From contig CAXXNF010000001.1 in NCBI GenBank assembly GCA_963666365.2, positions 992,001-1,056,000 of the forward strand: a DNA stretch of 64,000 nt, in the 5' to 3' direction. The stretch comes from Syntrophales bacterium (GTDB taxonomy: Bacteria > Desulfobacterota > Syntrophia > Syntrophales > UBA2210). The notes beneath the pieces were generated by a model. It saw only the letters and a program-made list of their open reading frames with translations, made no database searches and was not told where the DNA came from. This document shows positions 36,053-45,931 of this stretch, piece by piece (within the stretch, counting starts at the first letter, position 1; each line of letters opens with the position of its first letter). Position numbers and translations under genes: made by a program.

Positions 36053-37708
36053 ATACCTCGCATTTACGGATACACAACCGGCCTCAAAACGGCCGAGTTC
36101 AAATCCCTGGAACAGCTCTACCGGCGGCGCGTGCCCCCGGACCGCATCATCACGCAGGAGTATGCCCGCGCCCTTGTGGAACTCTCCCGTCGCATCGGTC
36201 GTCAGATCGGCGTGCTCATAAGCCGCCGGGGAGAAACCGGTTATGTCATCGTCGGCGATACCCGTCAGATCGTCATCCCCGATCTCACGGGTTTTCGGGC
36301 GGCGTCGACGCGGCTCAAGGGGCTGCGCCTCCTTCACACCCATCTGAAGGACGAACCGCTCAGCCGGGATGACCTGACCGATCTCGCCCTCCTCCGGCTC
36401 GACCTTGTGGCGGCCCTTACCATCGACCCGGAGGGACTGCCCGGTCCCATGCATATAGCCCATCTGATTCCGGAAAATCCCACCGGCAGCTACTGGCTGG
36501 TGCTGGATCCCTGCCGTCCCTCGGAGCTTTCCATCAACTTCGCGTCCTTTATTCAGGCCCTTGAAGGGGAGTTCGCCCGCACACAGAAGCTGCGAAAGGT
36601 GGAATCCAGGGACCGGGCGATTCTTATACGGGTGGAGACCGATCCCGCCGCCGAGGCGAAGGCATCCCTGGATGAGCTGAAGGAACTGGCCCGGTCCTCC
36701 GATGTGTCCGTTTTCGATGCGGTCATACAGTACCGCAGTCAGGTCGATCCGAAATTTCTCATGGGGAAGGGGAAGCTTTCCGATGTGGTGATCCGGGCGC
36801 TGCAGATGGGGGCGAACCTTCTCATTTTCGATCACGAGCTTACCCCCGCCCAGGCGCGATCCATCGCGGACTTCACCGACATGAAGGTAATCGACCGGAC
36901 CCAGCTCATTCTGGACATCTTTGCCCAGCGGGCCCTGTCCCGGGACGGCAAGATTCAGGTGGAACTGGCCCAGCTCAAGTATCTTCTTCCCCGCCTCGTG
37001 ACAAAAAACACGGCTCTTTCCCGCCTTACGGGAGGGATCGGCGGCCGGGGTCCCGGCGAGACGAAACTCGAAATCAATCGGCGACGGGTCTATGACCGCA
37101 TCAACCATCTTGAAAAAGAACTGGTCCGCATCAGAAGGGGGCGGGGCGAGCGGCGCGGGCGAAGAAAAAAAGAGGGGCTTCCCGTCATATCCATTATCGG
37201 CTACACCAATGCGGGAAAATCGACCCTGTTGAACGCGCTGACCGCAAGTACGGTCCTCGCGGAAGACCGTCTCTTCGCCACCCTCGATCCGAAGAGTGCA
37301 CGCCTGCGGTTCCCCCGCGACCGGTCGGCCATCATCACCGACACGGTGGGCTTTATACGCGCCCTTCCCAAAGAACTCATGGCCGCCTTCAGGGCAACCC
37401 TGGAGGAACTGCACGAGGCCGATCTTCTGCTCCATGTCGTCGACGCCTCCAATCCCGCCTTCGAAGATCAGATGGGCGCCGTGGAGATAATCCTCGAGGA
37501 TCTTTCGCTGCAGGCGAAACCCCGCATTACGGTGTTCAACAAGGAAGATCTCTGTGCGGACAGGGAGGCGCTTGCACATCTCTGCACACGGTATCGTGCA
37601 ATTTCACTTACAGCACGTGATGCAACCACCTTTTCCCCTCTGCTGGAAAAAATTGAAAGGGTGATTCTCAAATCGGAAAAGGGGTGGCGGGACCAAAATA
37701 ACTGTTGA
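36053..37708 (+). CDS. hflX: GTPase HflX, long form with N-terminal extension; probable ATA start
   Basis: [45 protein letters not shown]; first canonical start is GTG 36131. Confidence 0.9.
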   Translation: MPRIYGYTTGLKTAEFKSLEQLYRRRVPPDRIITQEYARALVELSRRIGRQIGVLISRRGETGYVIVGDTRQIVIPDLTGFRAASTRLKGLRLLHTHLKDEPLSRDDLTDLALLRLDLVAALTIDPEGLPGPMHIAHLIPENPTGSYWLVLDPCRPSELSINFASFIQALEGEFARTQKLRKVESRDRAILIRVETDPAAEAKASLDELKELARSSDVSVFDAVIQYRSQVDPKFLMGKGKLSDVVIRALQMGANLLIFDHELTPAQARSIADFTDMKVIDRTQLILDIFAQRALSRDGKIQVELAQLKYLLPRLVTKNTALSRLTGGIGGRGPGETKLEINRRRVYDRINHLEKELVRIRRGRGERRGRRKKEGLPVISIIGYTNAGKSTLLNALTASTVLAEDRLFATLDPKSARLRFPRDRSAIITDTVGFIRALPKELMAAFRATLEELHEADLLLHVVDASNPAFEDQMGAVEIILEDLSLQAKPRITVFNKEDLCADREALAHLCTRYRAISLTARDATTFSPLLEKIERVILKSEKGWRDQNNC

Positions 37709-37802
37709 CTTTTCGCATCTTTTTTCATAAAGGTAGGCCGATTTTACTATGAAAGGCGCCTTCGCAATGATGACGGATCAGGAGACAGAAGGTACACGGT
37801 CG

Positions 37803-37877
37803 ATGCTATCTCTTGCGGTATTATCCCTCTTGTGCCTCGCTCTTCCCGGGCGACATACCCGGGCCTCATCGGCGTAA
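37803..37877 (+). CDS. Putative Leu-rich attenuator leader peptide MLSLAVLSLLCLALPGRHTRASSA
   Basis: 7 Leu codons in codons 2-14; GAAGGT upstream; in-frame ATGs also at 37749, 37767, 37770. Confidence 0.7.
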   Translation: MLSLAVLSLLCLALPGRHTRASSA

Positions 37878-37944
37878 AGGAACGATTGTCACGGCACGCG
37901 CACACTCGATGAGGCCACGGATTGAATCCGTGGCCTTTTTTTTT
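37845..37944 (+). promoter_or_regulatory. Transcription attenuator (1:2 hairpin, 2:3 antiterminator, 3:4 terminator)
   Basis: CCCGGG/CCCGGG (37845-50/37858-63); GGCCTCATCG(37862-71)/CGATGAGGCC(37907-16); AGGCCACGGAT-TGA-ATCCGTGGCC plus T9 (37912-44). Confidence 0.8.
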
Positions 37945-37957
37945 AAAGGAGCAGCCC

Positions 37958-38521
37958 ATGTACGAAATCATATGGCACGGCCGGGGCGGCCAGGGAGTCG
38001 TCCTGGCTTCTGAAGTTCTCGCCGAAGCGGCATATTTTCAGGGGTTCAAGGGCGTCACCTCGGCGCCCACCTTCGGGCCCGAGCGAAGGGGCGCGCCGCT
38101 TGCGGCGTCGACGCGCATCGCCGACGAACCGCTGCGGACCTTCTCTCAGATCGAAGAGGCCGATATCTCCGTCGTGCTCGACGAATCCCTCTTCAAAGTG
38201 GTGGATATCTGGGGGGGGCTCAAAGAAGGGGGCATTATGGTGATCAATTCTTCCGCGCCCCCCGGCGAGCATTTTCTCGTTAAGGCCGTGACGGTTCTGT
38301 GGCTGGATGCCGCGGCCGTCGCCCGGGAACACCGGTTGACCGCCGGCGGGGCGCCCGTGGTCAACACCCCTCTTCTGGGGGCGCTGGCGCGCGGATGGGG
38401 ACTGGTCGATCTCAATAACATTGAAAAGGCACTCGGCATCAAAATGTCCAGTGCCGGCGCCTATGTCAATTTTCAGGCGGTGAAGACCGCCTATGAAAAA
38501 ACGGTGATTATACCAGTGTGA
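37958..38521 (+). CDS. 2-oxoacid:ferredoxin oxidoreductase gamma subunit
   Basis: WHGRGGQG, FGPERRGAP; AAGGAG SD. Confidence 0.92.
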   Translation: MYEIIWHGRGGQGVVLASEVLAEAAYFQGFKGVTSAPTFGPERRGAPLAASTRIADEPLRTFSQIEEADISVVLDESLFKVVDIWGGLKEGGIMVINSSAPPGEHFLVKAVTVLWLDAAAVAREHRLTAGGAPVVNTPLLGALARGWGLVDLNNIEKALGIKMSSAGAYVNFQAVKTAYEKTVIIPV

Positions 38522-38528
38522 GGATACT

Positions 38529-38822
38529 ATGGAACGACGAGATGAAAATATATCGGGCGTCTGCACACCCGCCGTGGGCGAGGCGGGAAAAACCGGCGAC
38601 TGGAGCGACGTACAGCCCGTGATAGACCACTCAAAATGCACCCCCGCCGTCAAGGGGAGGGCCTCCTGTTTTCTCTGCTGGCTCTACTGTCCCGAAGGGG
38701 TGGTTCGGATGACCATTCCCGTGGAGATCAATCTCGACTACTGCAAGGGGTGCGGGATCTGCGCCGAAGAATGTCCCCCCAATGCGATCACCATGGTCCG
38801 AAAGGAGGAAATCCATGAATGA
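38529..38822 (+). CDS. 2-oxoacid:ferredoxin oxidoreductase delta (ferredoxin) subunit
   Basis: KTGDW, C...CFLCWLYCP, CKGCGICAEECP. Confidence 0.92.
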   Translation: MERRDENISGVCTPAVGEAGKTGDWSDVQPVIDHSKCTPAVKGRASCFLCWLYCPEGVVRMTIPVEINLDYCKGCGICAEECPPNAITMVRKEEIHE

Positions 38823-40035
38823 CATCCGCATCATCACGGGAAACGAAGCGGCAGCCCAGGCAGTCCTGCTCTGCGAACCGAAGGTGGTGGCCGCCTATCC
38901 CATTACTCCTCAGACCAAAATTTCGGAACTCCTTTCCGGGTATGTCGAGGGGGGCGTGCTGAAGGCGGAGTATGTACGCGTGGAAAGCGAACATTCCGCC
39001 ATGACCGTTCTCATATCGGCGTCCACCGTTGGGGCCCGGGTCTTCACGGCGACAAGCTCCAACGGACTTCTCTACATGCACGAACAGCTTCACTGGGCCG
39101 CGGGGTCCCGTCTTCCCATCGTCATGTGCTGTGTAAACCGCGGCGTAGGCGCCCCCTGGTCGATCTTCAACGATCAGCAGGATTCCATGTCGCAGCGCGA
39201 CACGGGCTGGATTCAGATATACTGCAGGGACAATCAGGAAATCATCGACACCGTCATCCAGGCCTACCGGATCGCCGAGCAGGTCTATATTCCCACCATG
39301 GTCTGTTATGACGGATTCGTACTCTCCCATACGATGATGCCCGTGGAAATCCCCGACGCGGGACTGGTGAAAGGGTTCCTTCCCCCCTACCGGCCCCACA
39401 CCTTCCTCGACCCGGAACGCCCCCGGACGATCAATCCCGTCTTCTTCCCCTGGCAGCGGCGCAATGCCGAGGGGGTGCTCTGCGACGGCTATATGGAAAT
39501 GCGCTACAAGCTCCAGCACGATTTCGAACGGTCCAAAGGCGTGATCGAGGAGGTCAACAGGGAGTTTGCCGAACGGTTCGGACGGGATCACGGCGGTCTC
39601 CTCTGGGAATATAGAACCGACGACGCAGACATCCTCGTGGCCGGCATGGGATCGATCGCCCAGGAAGCAACGCTCGCCGTCGACGCCCTGCGGGCCGAGG
39701 GAATAAAAATCGGCGTCGTGGGGATTCGCACCTTCAGGCCCTTCCCCCGCGAAAAGGTGGTCGAAGCCTTCAGGGGGGCCCGCGTCATCATCGTGTTTCA
39801 GAAGGCAATAAGCTACGGCTATGAGGGGGGCCTCACGTCCGAATTGAAAGCGGCGCTTTACGGGACGGGAATCACGGCGCCGGTGCACGATTATGTCGCC
39901 GGCCTGGGAGGACGGGATGTAAAAACACGGGAACTGGTGGAAGCGATCAGAACCACCCTTGATGCCGTCGCACGGGGAGAACGGCACAACAAAACAACCT
40001 GGCTCAACTGTTATACGGGTGACACTCATGCATGA
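38815..40035 (+). CDS. 2-oxoacid:ferredoxin oxidoreductase alpha subunit
   Basis: GNEA, YPITPQT, ESEHSA, TATSSNGL, FRPFP. Confidence 0.93.
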   Translation: MNDIRIITGNEAAAQAVLLCEPKVVAAYPITPQTKISELLSGYVEGGVLKAEYVRVESEHSAMTVLISASTVGARVFTATSSNGLLYMHEQLHWAAGSRLPIVMCCVNRGVGAPWSIFNDQQDSMSQRDTGWIQIYCRDNQEIIDTVIQAYRIAEQVYIPTMVCYDGFVLSHTMMPVEIPDAGLVKGFLPPYRPHTFLDPERPRTINPVFFPWQRRNAEGVLCDGYMEMRYKLQHDFERSKGVIEEVNREFAERFGRDHGGLLWEYRTDDADILVAGMGSIAQEATLAVDALRAEGIKIGVVGIRTFRPFPREKVVEAFRGARVIIVFQKAISYGYEGGLTSELKAALYGTGITAPVHDYVAGLGGRDVKTRELVEAIRTTLDAVARGERHNKTTWLNCYTGDTHA

Positions 40036-40927
40036 GAATTTATTTAAACTACATGAAAAAGAATACATTCTGCCCGGCAGCCGCGCCTGTCAGGGATGCG
40101 GGCTTTCTCTGGCCTACCGCTACATTCTGAAAGCGCTCCGCGAAAACACCATTGTGGCAATCCCTCCGAGCTGTCTCTGCGTGCTTCACGGCCTCTACCC
40201 GAATACCTCGGTCATCGTGCCGGCGCTCAATATCACCTTCGCCGGGAACGCCGCCTCGGCATCGGGGATCGTGGCGGCGCTGACCGCGCTGAACAGGCCC
40301 GACATCACCGTGCTCGCCCTTTCGGGGGACGGCGGCACCTATGACATCGGCATCCAGTCCCTGAGCGGCGCCGCCGAACGGAACACCGATTTCATATTCG
40401 CCTGCTATGACAATGAAGCCTACATGAATACGGGGACACAGCGCTCCGGCGCCACCCCGCTGGGCGCCGTCACCACCACCACGCCCCTCCTGACAAAACA
40501 GGATCACAAAAAAGATTTCATCAAGATCATGGAGGCCCACAATATTCCCTACATTGCCACAGTTTCACCCGCTTATCCTCAGGATCTTTATGAAAAATTC
40601 GTAAAGGCGAAGCGCATCAAGGGTACGCGCTACATTCAGATCGACACCCCCTGTCCTCCCGGATGGGGCTACCCGACGAAAGACACCGTGAAAATAGGGA
40701 AACTTGCCGTGGAAACGGGTATGTTTCCGCTGATTGAAATCGAAGACGGCAAACTGCGTTTCACCGGCAGAAGCCATACCCTCACCACAAAGGGGAAACG
40801 CACCCCCATCATTCATTACGTGGAACGGCAGACGCGCTTTAAAAAGATGAGTATCGAACAGCTCAATCAGCTGCAGAGCTGGGTGGACAAACGCTGGAAC
40901 GACTTTATGAGGCAGGCGGAACTCTAA
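40028..40927 (+). CDS. 2-oxoacid:ferredoxin oxidoreductase beta subunit
   Basis: ACQGCG, TPP motif GDGG...DNEAYMNTG, PCP. Confidence 0.93.
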   Translation: MHENLFKLHEKEYILPGSRACQGCGLSLAYRYILKALRENTIVAIPPSCLCVLHGLYPNTSVIVPALNITFAGNAASASGIVAALTALNRPDITVLALSGDGGTYDIGIQSLSGAAERNTDFIFACYDNEAYMNTGTQRSGATPLGAVTTTTPLLTKQDHKKDFIKIMEAHNIPYIATVSPAYPQDLYEKFVKAKRIKGTRYIQIDTPCPPGWGYPTKDTVKIGKLAVETGMFPLIEIEDGKLRFTGRSHTLTTKGKRTPIIHYVERQTRFKKMSIEQLNQLQSWVDKRWNDFMRQAEL

Positions 40928-42222
40928 GGGAGCAGGGAGGCGATGAGATCGGCATAGCGCGCCGCTGCTCCTCTGTTGTTCTGCACAATCTCTTTTCCGG
41001 CCTCGCCGCGCCGGAGACGCTGTTCCGGATTGTTCAGCATATCCGCGATTCCTGCGGCAAGTTCTTCTTCTCCGGTGACGGTCACGCCGGCGCCGACGGA
41101 ACAGAGCTGATCGCGTTCGTCCATGAAATCATCCATATGGGGGCCGAAAAAGACAACCTTCCCCCAGGCGGCCGCCTCGAGGACATTCTGCCCTCCCCGC
41201 GGCACGAGACTTCCCCCGCAAAACACCACATGGGCGCATCCGTAGAGCGTAAAAAGCACCCCCATGGCATCGACAAGCACCACAGGCCGGTTTCCCCGCG
41301 GCACTCCTTTTACGATTTCACTATAGACGATTACATCACGATCGAACCCTTCCGCCTCAAGGAGAGTGCGAATCTCGCCGGATCTCTCTATATGCCGCGG
41401 CACAAGTACAAGCACCACATCGGGGAATTGCCGGCGCAGCTTCTTAAATGCCGCGATGACCGTCTTTTCCTCACCCCCATGGGTGCTGCCGGCGACAAAG
41501 ACAGGGGTGTGCACGGACAGGGACAGCCGGCCGGCCATTGCGCCGGCGCGGGCAGGATCGGCCTCTGCGGCAAGGCTGTCGAACTTGGCATTTCCCATCA
41601 CAAACAGGCGAGAGGAATCCACTCCCATCGATATGAGCCTTTCCTCGTCAATCCTGGAAATGACGCCCGCCGCATCGATCATTTTCAGCACCCCCTGCCA
41701 GAAAAATCTCGTCGCCCGATATTTTTTAAAGGACCGTGGAGAAATACGGCCGTTCACCATCACCACCCTGACGGCGCGCCTTCGGCAGGCGCGAATGAAA
41801 TTGGGCCAGATCTCCGTCTCCACGGGGACAAATACATCGGGGGCGACGCCATCCAGCACCTTATTTATTACGTGTGGAATATCAAGGGGATAATAGAGAT
41901 GGCTCGTCGCATGGGGCACAAGCCGGACCGCCGCATCCTGCCCCGTTTCGGTGCTCGTCGAAAGGACGATGCACCCCTCGGGATAGCGTACACGAAGCGC
42001 TTCGACGATCGGCGCCGCCGCCGTGACTTCACCGACCGACACGGCATGCACCCATATGCGGGGGGTTCCCTTCATAACGCTGAAGAGTTCCGGCGGATTG
42101 ACGCCGAACTTCGGCCCCATGCTCTTCCTGTACTTGCCGGTCACACAGACCCGCCAGGCGTAGTAGGGCGCCAGAAAAAGGGCGGCCAGGCCCAGCAGCA
42201 CATTGTAGAGGAAAAATTTCAT
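40924..42222 (-). CDS. waaA: 3-deoxy-D-manno-octulosonic acid transferase
   Basis: WVHAVSVGE, ETEIWPN, NGRIS, GSTH, PRH, GGQN.LE. Confidence 0.93.
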   Translation of the reverse strand: MKFFLYNVLLGLAALFLAPYYAWRVCVTGKYRKSMGPKFGVNPPELFSVMKGTPRIWVHAVSVGEVTAAAPIVEALRVRYPEGCIVLSTSTETGQDAAVRLVPHATSHLYYPLDIPHVINKVLDGVAPDVFVPVETEIWPNFIRACRRRAVRVVMVNGRISPRSFKKYRATRFFWQGVLKMIDAAGVISRIDEERLISMGVDSSRLFVMGNAKFDSLAAEADPARAGAMAGRLSLSVHTPVFVAGSTHGGEEKTVIAAFKKLRRQFPDVVLVLVPRHIERSGEIRTLLEAEGFDRDVIVYSEIVKGVPRGNRPVVLVDAMGVLFTLYGCAHVVFCGGSLVPRGGQNVLEAAAWGKVVFFGPHMDDFMDERDQLCSVGAGVTVTGEEELAAGIADMLNNPEQRLRRGEAGKEIVQNNRGAAARYADLIASLLP

Positions 42223-42432
42223 ACAGTACCTTCGAGGAACACTTGCTCCTCCATATCACGACAGCATCATCGGCTGCAACTGTTACCATCGGGGGTCGTC
42301 ACGGTTCAATGCACAATGCCTGTGTTCTTAACCTCTATGCCGCTGCATAATTATCACTGTACACACACGAAAAGATTGACAGGGGAAAATGCGGTATAGT
42401 AAAGGGAGATATAACCAAGGAGAAAAAAAACA

Positions 42433-43176
42433 ATGAAGCACAGAAAATATAACAGGTGCTGCATTGCAGCGGTGTTGTGTGTCGCATTTCTGGTCGCTGC
42501 CGGCTGCACACGGTATGAACGCACGGTTGTCCCCTTCAAGATGCCCACGGCCTACCCCAACGCAACGGCCGTGGCAGGCGCTGTAGTGGCCGCCGAAGCC
42601 TTTGCCGATTCCGAAAAGGCCTCCCGGGCATTCGGGTTCGACATTATGGGGGCGGGAGTCATGCCTGTGCAGGTGGTATTTGACAATCAGGGCGCCCATC
42701 CTCTGGAAGTCATTCCTTCAAAGACATTTCTTGTCGATGCGTCCAGCAATCTGTGGCCCATCCTCGATGAGGGACTCGCCTACGATCGGATTGCCAAAAA
42801 AACGGATTTTGGAGAGGTCGCGCCCAAAGCGGCAAAGCCCGCGCTTTTGGGCGGCGCGGCAGGCGCGCTCATCGGCGCCGCCATCGGCATCGTCACGGGG
42901 ACCAATGTGGGAGAAGCAGCGGGCAAAGGCGCCGCCGTGGGCGCGGCGGCCGGCGCAACGGCAGGGGGTCTTTCGGGGGTCAATGATCAGGAGGTGCGCC
43001 GCCAGATCGGCGACGATCTCCATACCAGGACACTGGAGCAGAAACCCATACCGGCGAAGGAGATCGCCCATGGATTTATCTTCTTTCCCGCCGAGGCCTC
43101 CGGTGCAAAGGAGCTCCGTTTGAGCATCCGGGAAATTGACACGGGCGTTACCCATACCCTCATATTACCGTTTTAA
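42433..43176 (+). CDS. Glycine-zipper lipoprotein
   Basis: Lipobox AAGC; GGAAGALIGAAIG...GAAVGAAAG zipper. Confidence 0.75.
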   Translation: MKHRKYNRCCIAAVLCVAFLVAAGCTRYERTVVPFKMPTAYPNATAVAGAVVAAEAFADSEKASRAFGFDIMGAGVMPVQVVFDNQGAHPLEVIPSKTFLVDASSNLWPILDEGLAYDRIAKKTDFGEVAPKAAKPALLGGAAGALIGAAIGIVTGTNVGEAAGKGAAVGAAAGATAGGLSGVNDQEVRRQIGDDLHTRTLEQKPIPAKEIAHGFIFFPAEASGAKELRLSIREIDTGVTHTLILPF

Positions 43177-43180
43177 TGAA

Positions 43181-43831
43181 ATGAAAAAAATCGCCCCTTC
43201 CATACTTTCGTCCGATTTCAGCAGGCTTGGCGAAGAAATAAAGGCCGTCGAAGCGGCAGGCGCCGACCTGATTCACGTGGATGTCATGGACGGGCATTTC
43301 GTGCCCAACCTGACCATAGGCGCCCCCATCGTCAAATCGATCAGAAAGGTCACGTCCCTCCCCTTTGACGTGCACCTCATGATTGAAAATCCCGATCGCT
43401 TCATCGACGACTTCATAGACGCGGGAAGCGATTATCTCACGGTCCATGCCGAGGCAGCGGCGCACCTCCACAGGACAATTCAGGCCATCAAGGCGAAGGG
43501 AGTCCGTGCCGGCGTATCGATAAACCCGGCCACACCGCTTGTACAGGTTGAATACGTGCTGGAAGACATCGATCTTCTCCTCATTATGACGGTTAACCCC
43601 GGCTTTGGCGGCCAGGAATTTATTTCCACCATGCTGCCGAAAATCCGCCAGGCGAGAGAGATGATCGACCGCATCGCCCCATCGGTGGCCCTGGAGGTGG
43701 ACGGCGGCGTCACAATCGATAATATCGAGACCATCGCGGCAGCCGGCGCCGACATCATCGTGGCCGGATCGGCCATCTTTCACAGCGGCGATTACCACGA
43801 CACCATCGACCGCATGAAAAAGAGCCTGTGA
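43181..43831 (+). CDS. rpe: Ribulose-phosphate 3-epimerase
   Basis: IAPSILS, HVDVMDGHFVPN, DVHLM, VNPGFGGQ, EVDGG. Confidence 0.97.
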   Translation: MKKIAPSILSSDFSRLGEEIKAVEAAGADLIHVDVMDGHFVPNLTIGAPIVKSIRKVTSLPFDVHLMIENPDRFIDDFIDAGSDYLTVHAEAAAHLHRTIQAIKAKGVRAGVSINPATPLVQVEYVLEDIDLLLIMTVNPGFGGQEFISTMLPKIRQAREMIDRIAPSVALEVDGGVTIDNIETIAAAGADIIVAGSAIFHSGDYHDTIDRMKKSL

Positions 43832-43875
43832 AGAAAAGCACATGCACTTCGCGCTGGGAATAAAGAAATTAATTC

Positions 43876-44038
43876 CTCTGAGTGCCGCGCACCTGCGAAC
43901 AGAAAACAAAAAACTCGCGCAGAGGCGCAGTGCCGCAGAGGATAAAGAAAAATAATCTTAATATTTTTTTACTCTGCGTCTCCGCGTCCCTGCGCGAGAA
44001 CAAAATTAAAAAAAGCGGTCCCTGCGCCTCGGCGGGAG
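43876..44038. repeat. CGCAGAG-family inverted repeat cluster (locus 3)
   Basis: CTCGCGCAGAGGCGCAGTGCCGCAGAG (43914-40) / CTCTGCGTCTCCGCGTCCCTGCGCGAG (43972-98), plus flanking partial arms. Confidence 0.85.
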
Positions 44039-44042
44039 GAGA

Positions 44043-44720
44043 ATGGTAATGACTATTAGCGATCTTTCGACCTATGATTTTAAGGGCTTTCTGGCGGAAT
44101 CGGAGGCGCGGCGGCTTTATACGCTGGCGAAAGAGGCGTCGCGCCTGGGTCCCTGTCTCGAAATCGGAAGCTACTGCGGGAAGTCCACGGCCTACCTCGG
44201 GATGGGGTGCAGGGAAAACGGCGCCATTCTCTTTTCCATAGATCACCACCGCGGATCGGAAGAACAGCAGCCGGGGGAGGAATATTTCGATCCGGACCTT
44301 CTGGATGCCGAAACGGGTCTGATCGACACCTTCAGAATATTCAGAAACACCATCACCGACCTCGCCTTAACGGACACGGTGATTCCCATCGTCGCACATT
44401 CCGATACGACGGCGCGCCACTGGAGGACACCGCTCTCCCTCGTGTTTATCGACGGCGGCCACAGTTTCGACGCGGCCTTTCGTGATTACAGCTGCTGGTC
44501 ACCCTTTATTCTACCGGGAGGATACCTGGTCATTCACGATATCTTTCCCGATCCCGCCAACGGCGGACAGGCGCCCTATTGCATATACCAACTCGCGCTC
44601 GCATCGGGTCTCTTCGAGGAACTTCCCCGTCTGGACACGCTGGGGGTGTTAAAACGGATCAGTCACGGCATATTGTCAAAAACGGCGGAAGATATCTGGA
44701 AAAAGCACCGCTGGGACTGA
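44043..44720 (+). CDS. Class I SAM-dependent methyltransferase (Methyltransf_24-like)
   Basis: LEIGSYCGKST, FIDGGH, GGYLVIHD. Confidence 0.8.
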   Translation: MVMTISDLSTYDFKGFLAESEARRLYTLAKEASRLGPCLEIGSYCGKSTAYLGMGCRENGAILFSIDHHRGSEEQQPGEEYFDPDLLDAETGLIDTFRIFRNTITDLALTDTVIPIVAHSDTTARHWRTPLSLVFIDGGHSFDAAFRDYSCWSPFILPGGYLVIHDIFPDPANGGQAPYCIYQLALASGLFEELPRLDTLGVLKRISHGILSKTAEDIWKKHRWD

Positions 44721-44767
44721 AGTGGACAGGGATCCGTCTGCCTCAAAAAACAGAGTCACAGGGATAC

Positions 44768-45931
44768 TCAGATCACACCAAGCAGGGCAAAGACCCTTTC
44801 AAACCTCTTTTCCCAGCTGTGGTCTCTTCGAGCCCGCTCGAAGCCCCGCCTCCTGATTTCTTCCCGTTTATCGGGATTCGCCAGAAAATATTCTATCTTT
44901 TCTACAAGATCATCGAAATCGTTATAGGTGGCGATTTCCTTCCCCGGTTCGTAGGCCAGTTTCAGCTCATCGTGATATTCAGTAAGGTAAAATCCGCCGC
45001 TCATGGGAATTTCGAAATCTCTTCCCTTCAGGCAGAAGGTGTCCCCGTGACCGTCCACGCTGCCGAATCCCAGGTTGATGCGACTCCGGGAGTAGAGACG
45101 CACCATCTCTTCGTGAGTGAGCGCTCCCCGGGGCCATCCGGCCCCGAAGGCCTCGACGCCAATGCCCCGTTCTCGCAGCTTCTGTATGATATGGGGCCGT
45201 TTCCCATAGCACTGCCCCACAAATGATACATCGATTGTTTTTCCTTCGTCATAGGGCCTGTGCACATCGGGATTGGCGCCTTCCGGCAGATAGAGGGGCA
45301 GCCCGCCCTCCACACAGTATTTTTTCAGGGCATCTTCAGTGCTGGTCCAACAGAGATCGAAATAGCGGCAGATATCACGCATGCCCATGGACTGTCCCCG
45401 GCGTAGTTTCCCCACGAAATACTCTTTATCGTTGAGACAGAGATTCACCATGGGGACATGAAGGGCTTGAAGTTTCTTCATCGTATCAGGAGTGACCAGG
45501 GCGCCCGACAGGTAGGCGAAGATTACATCGGTCCCATCGTCGGCAACCCATTTTTTTACCTCTTCGGCGAGCGCTTTGTTCATGCGCGCCTTGACGTGTC
45601 TGTGCCAATCCGGCTTCTGGTGGTCGAATTCATCGCCCCAGTCATAATGACGAAGATGACCGAATTTTTCCAGTGCCGGTTTGAGAGAATAATTTTCCCA
45701 GTTGTAGTGATGGTAGAGGGCGAGGATCTGTAAGGCGCCTTTCGGCTTTGCCCTCATTCCTGGATAGATCTCCGTCATACGTGTTCGAATCACTGTCTCA
45801 TCGGGCAGGGGGTGTCCACGCATATCGAACCGCTGTGAATAGTAACGCAGCTCCCTCTCAAGACGGTTCTTATTGCTCCACGCCCTGAACTGATGCCGGT
45901 ATTTTTTAAGTGGATCGTTCATCCTGTCCAT
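44768..45931 (-). CDS. CgeB-like glycosyltransferase
   Basis: DVSFVG, SRINLG, RDFEIPMSGGF, HSWEKR C-terminal GT-B pattern. Confidence 0.75.
   Translation of the reverse strand: MDRMNDPLKKYRHQFRAWSNKNRLERELRYYSQRFDMRGHPLPDETVIRTRMTEIYPGMRAKPKGALQILALYHHYNWENYSLKPALEKFGHLRHYDWGDEFDHQKPDWHRHVKARMNKALAEEVKKWVADDGTDVIFAYLSGALVTPDTMKKLQALHVPMVNLCLNDKEYFVGKLRRGQSMGMRDICRYFDLCWTSTEDALKKYCVEGGLPLYLPEGANPDVHRPYDEGKTIDVSFVGQCYGKRPHIIQKLRERGIGVEAFGAGWPRGALTHEEMVRLYSRSRINLGFGSVDGHGDTFCLKGRDFEIPMSGGFYLTEYHDELKLAYEPGKEIATYNDFDDLVEKIEYFLANPDKREEIRRRGFERARRDHSWEKRFERVFALLGVI

Noticed and set aside
37750..37945. 6S RNA, T-box or metabolite riboswitch before the oxidoreductase operon
   Set aside because: No T-box UGGNACC motif or recognisable aptamer; leader peptide plus alternative stems explain it better (Rfam scan still advisable)
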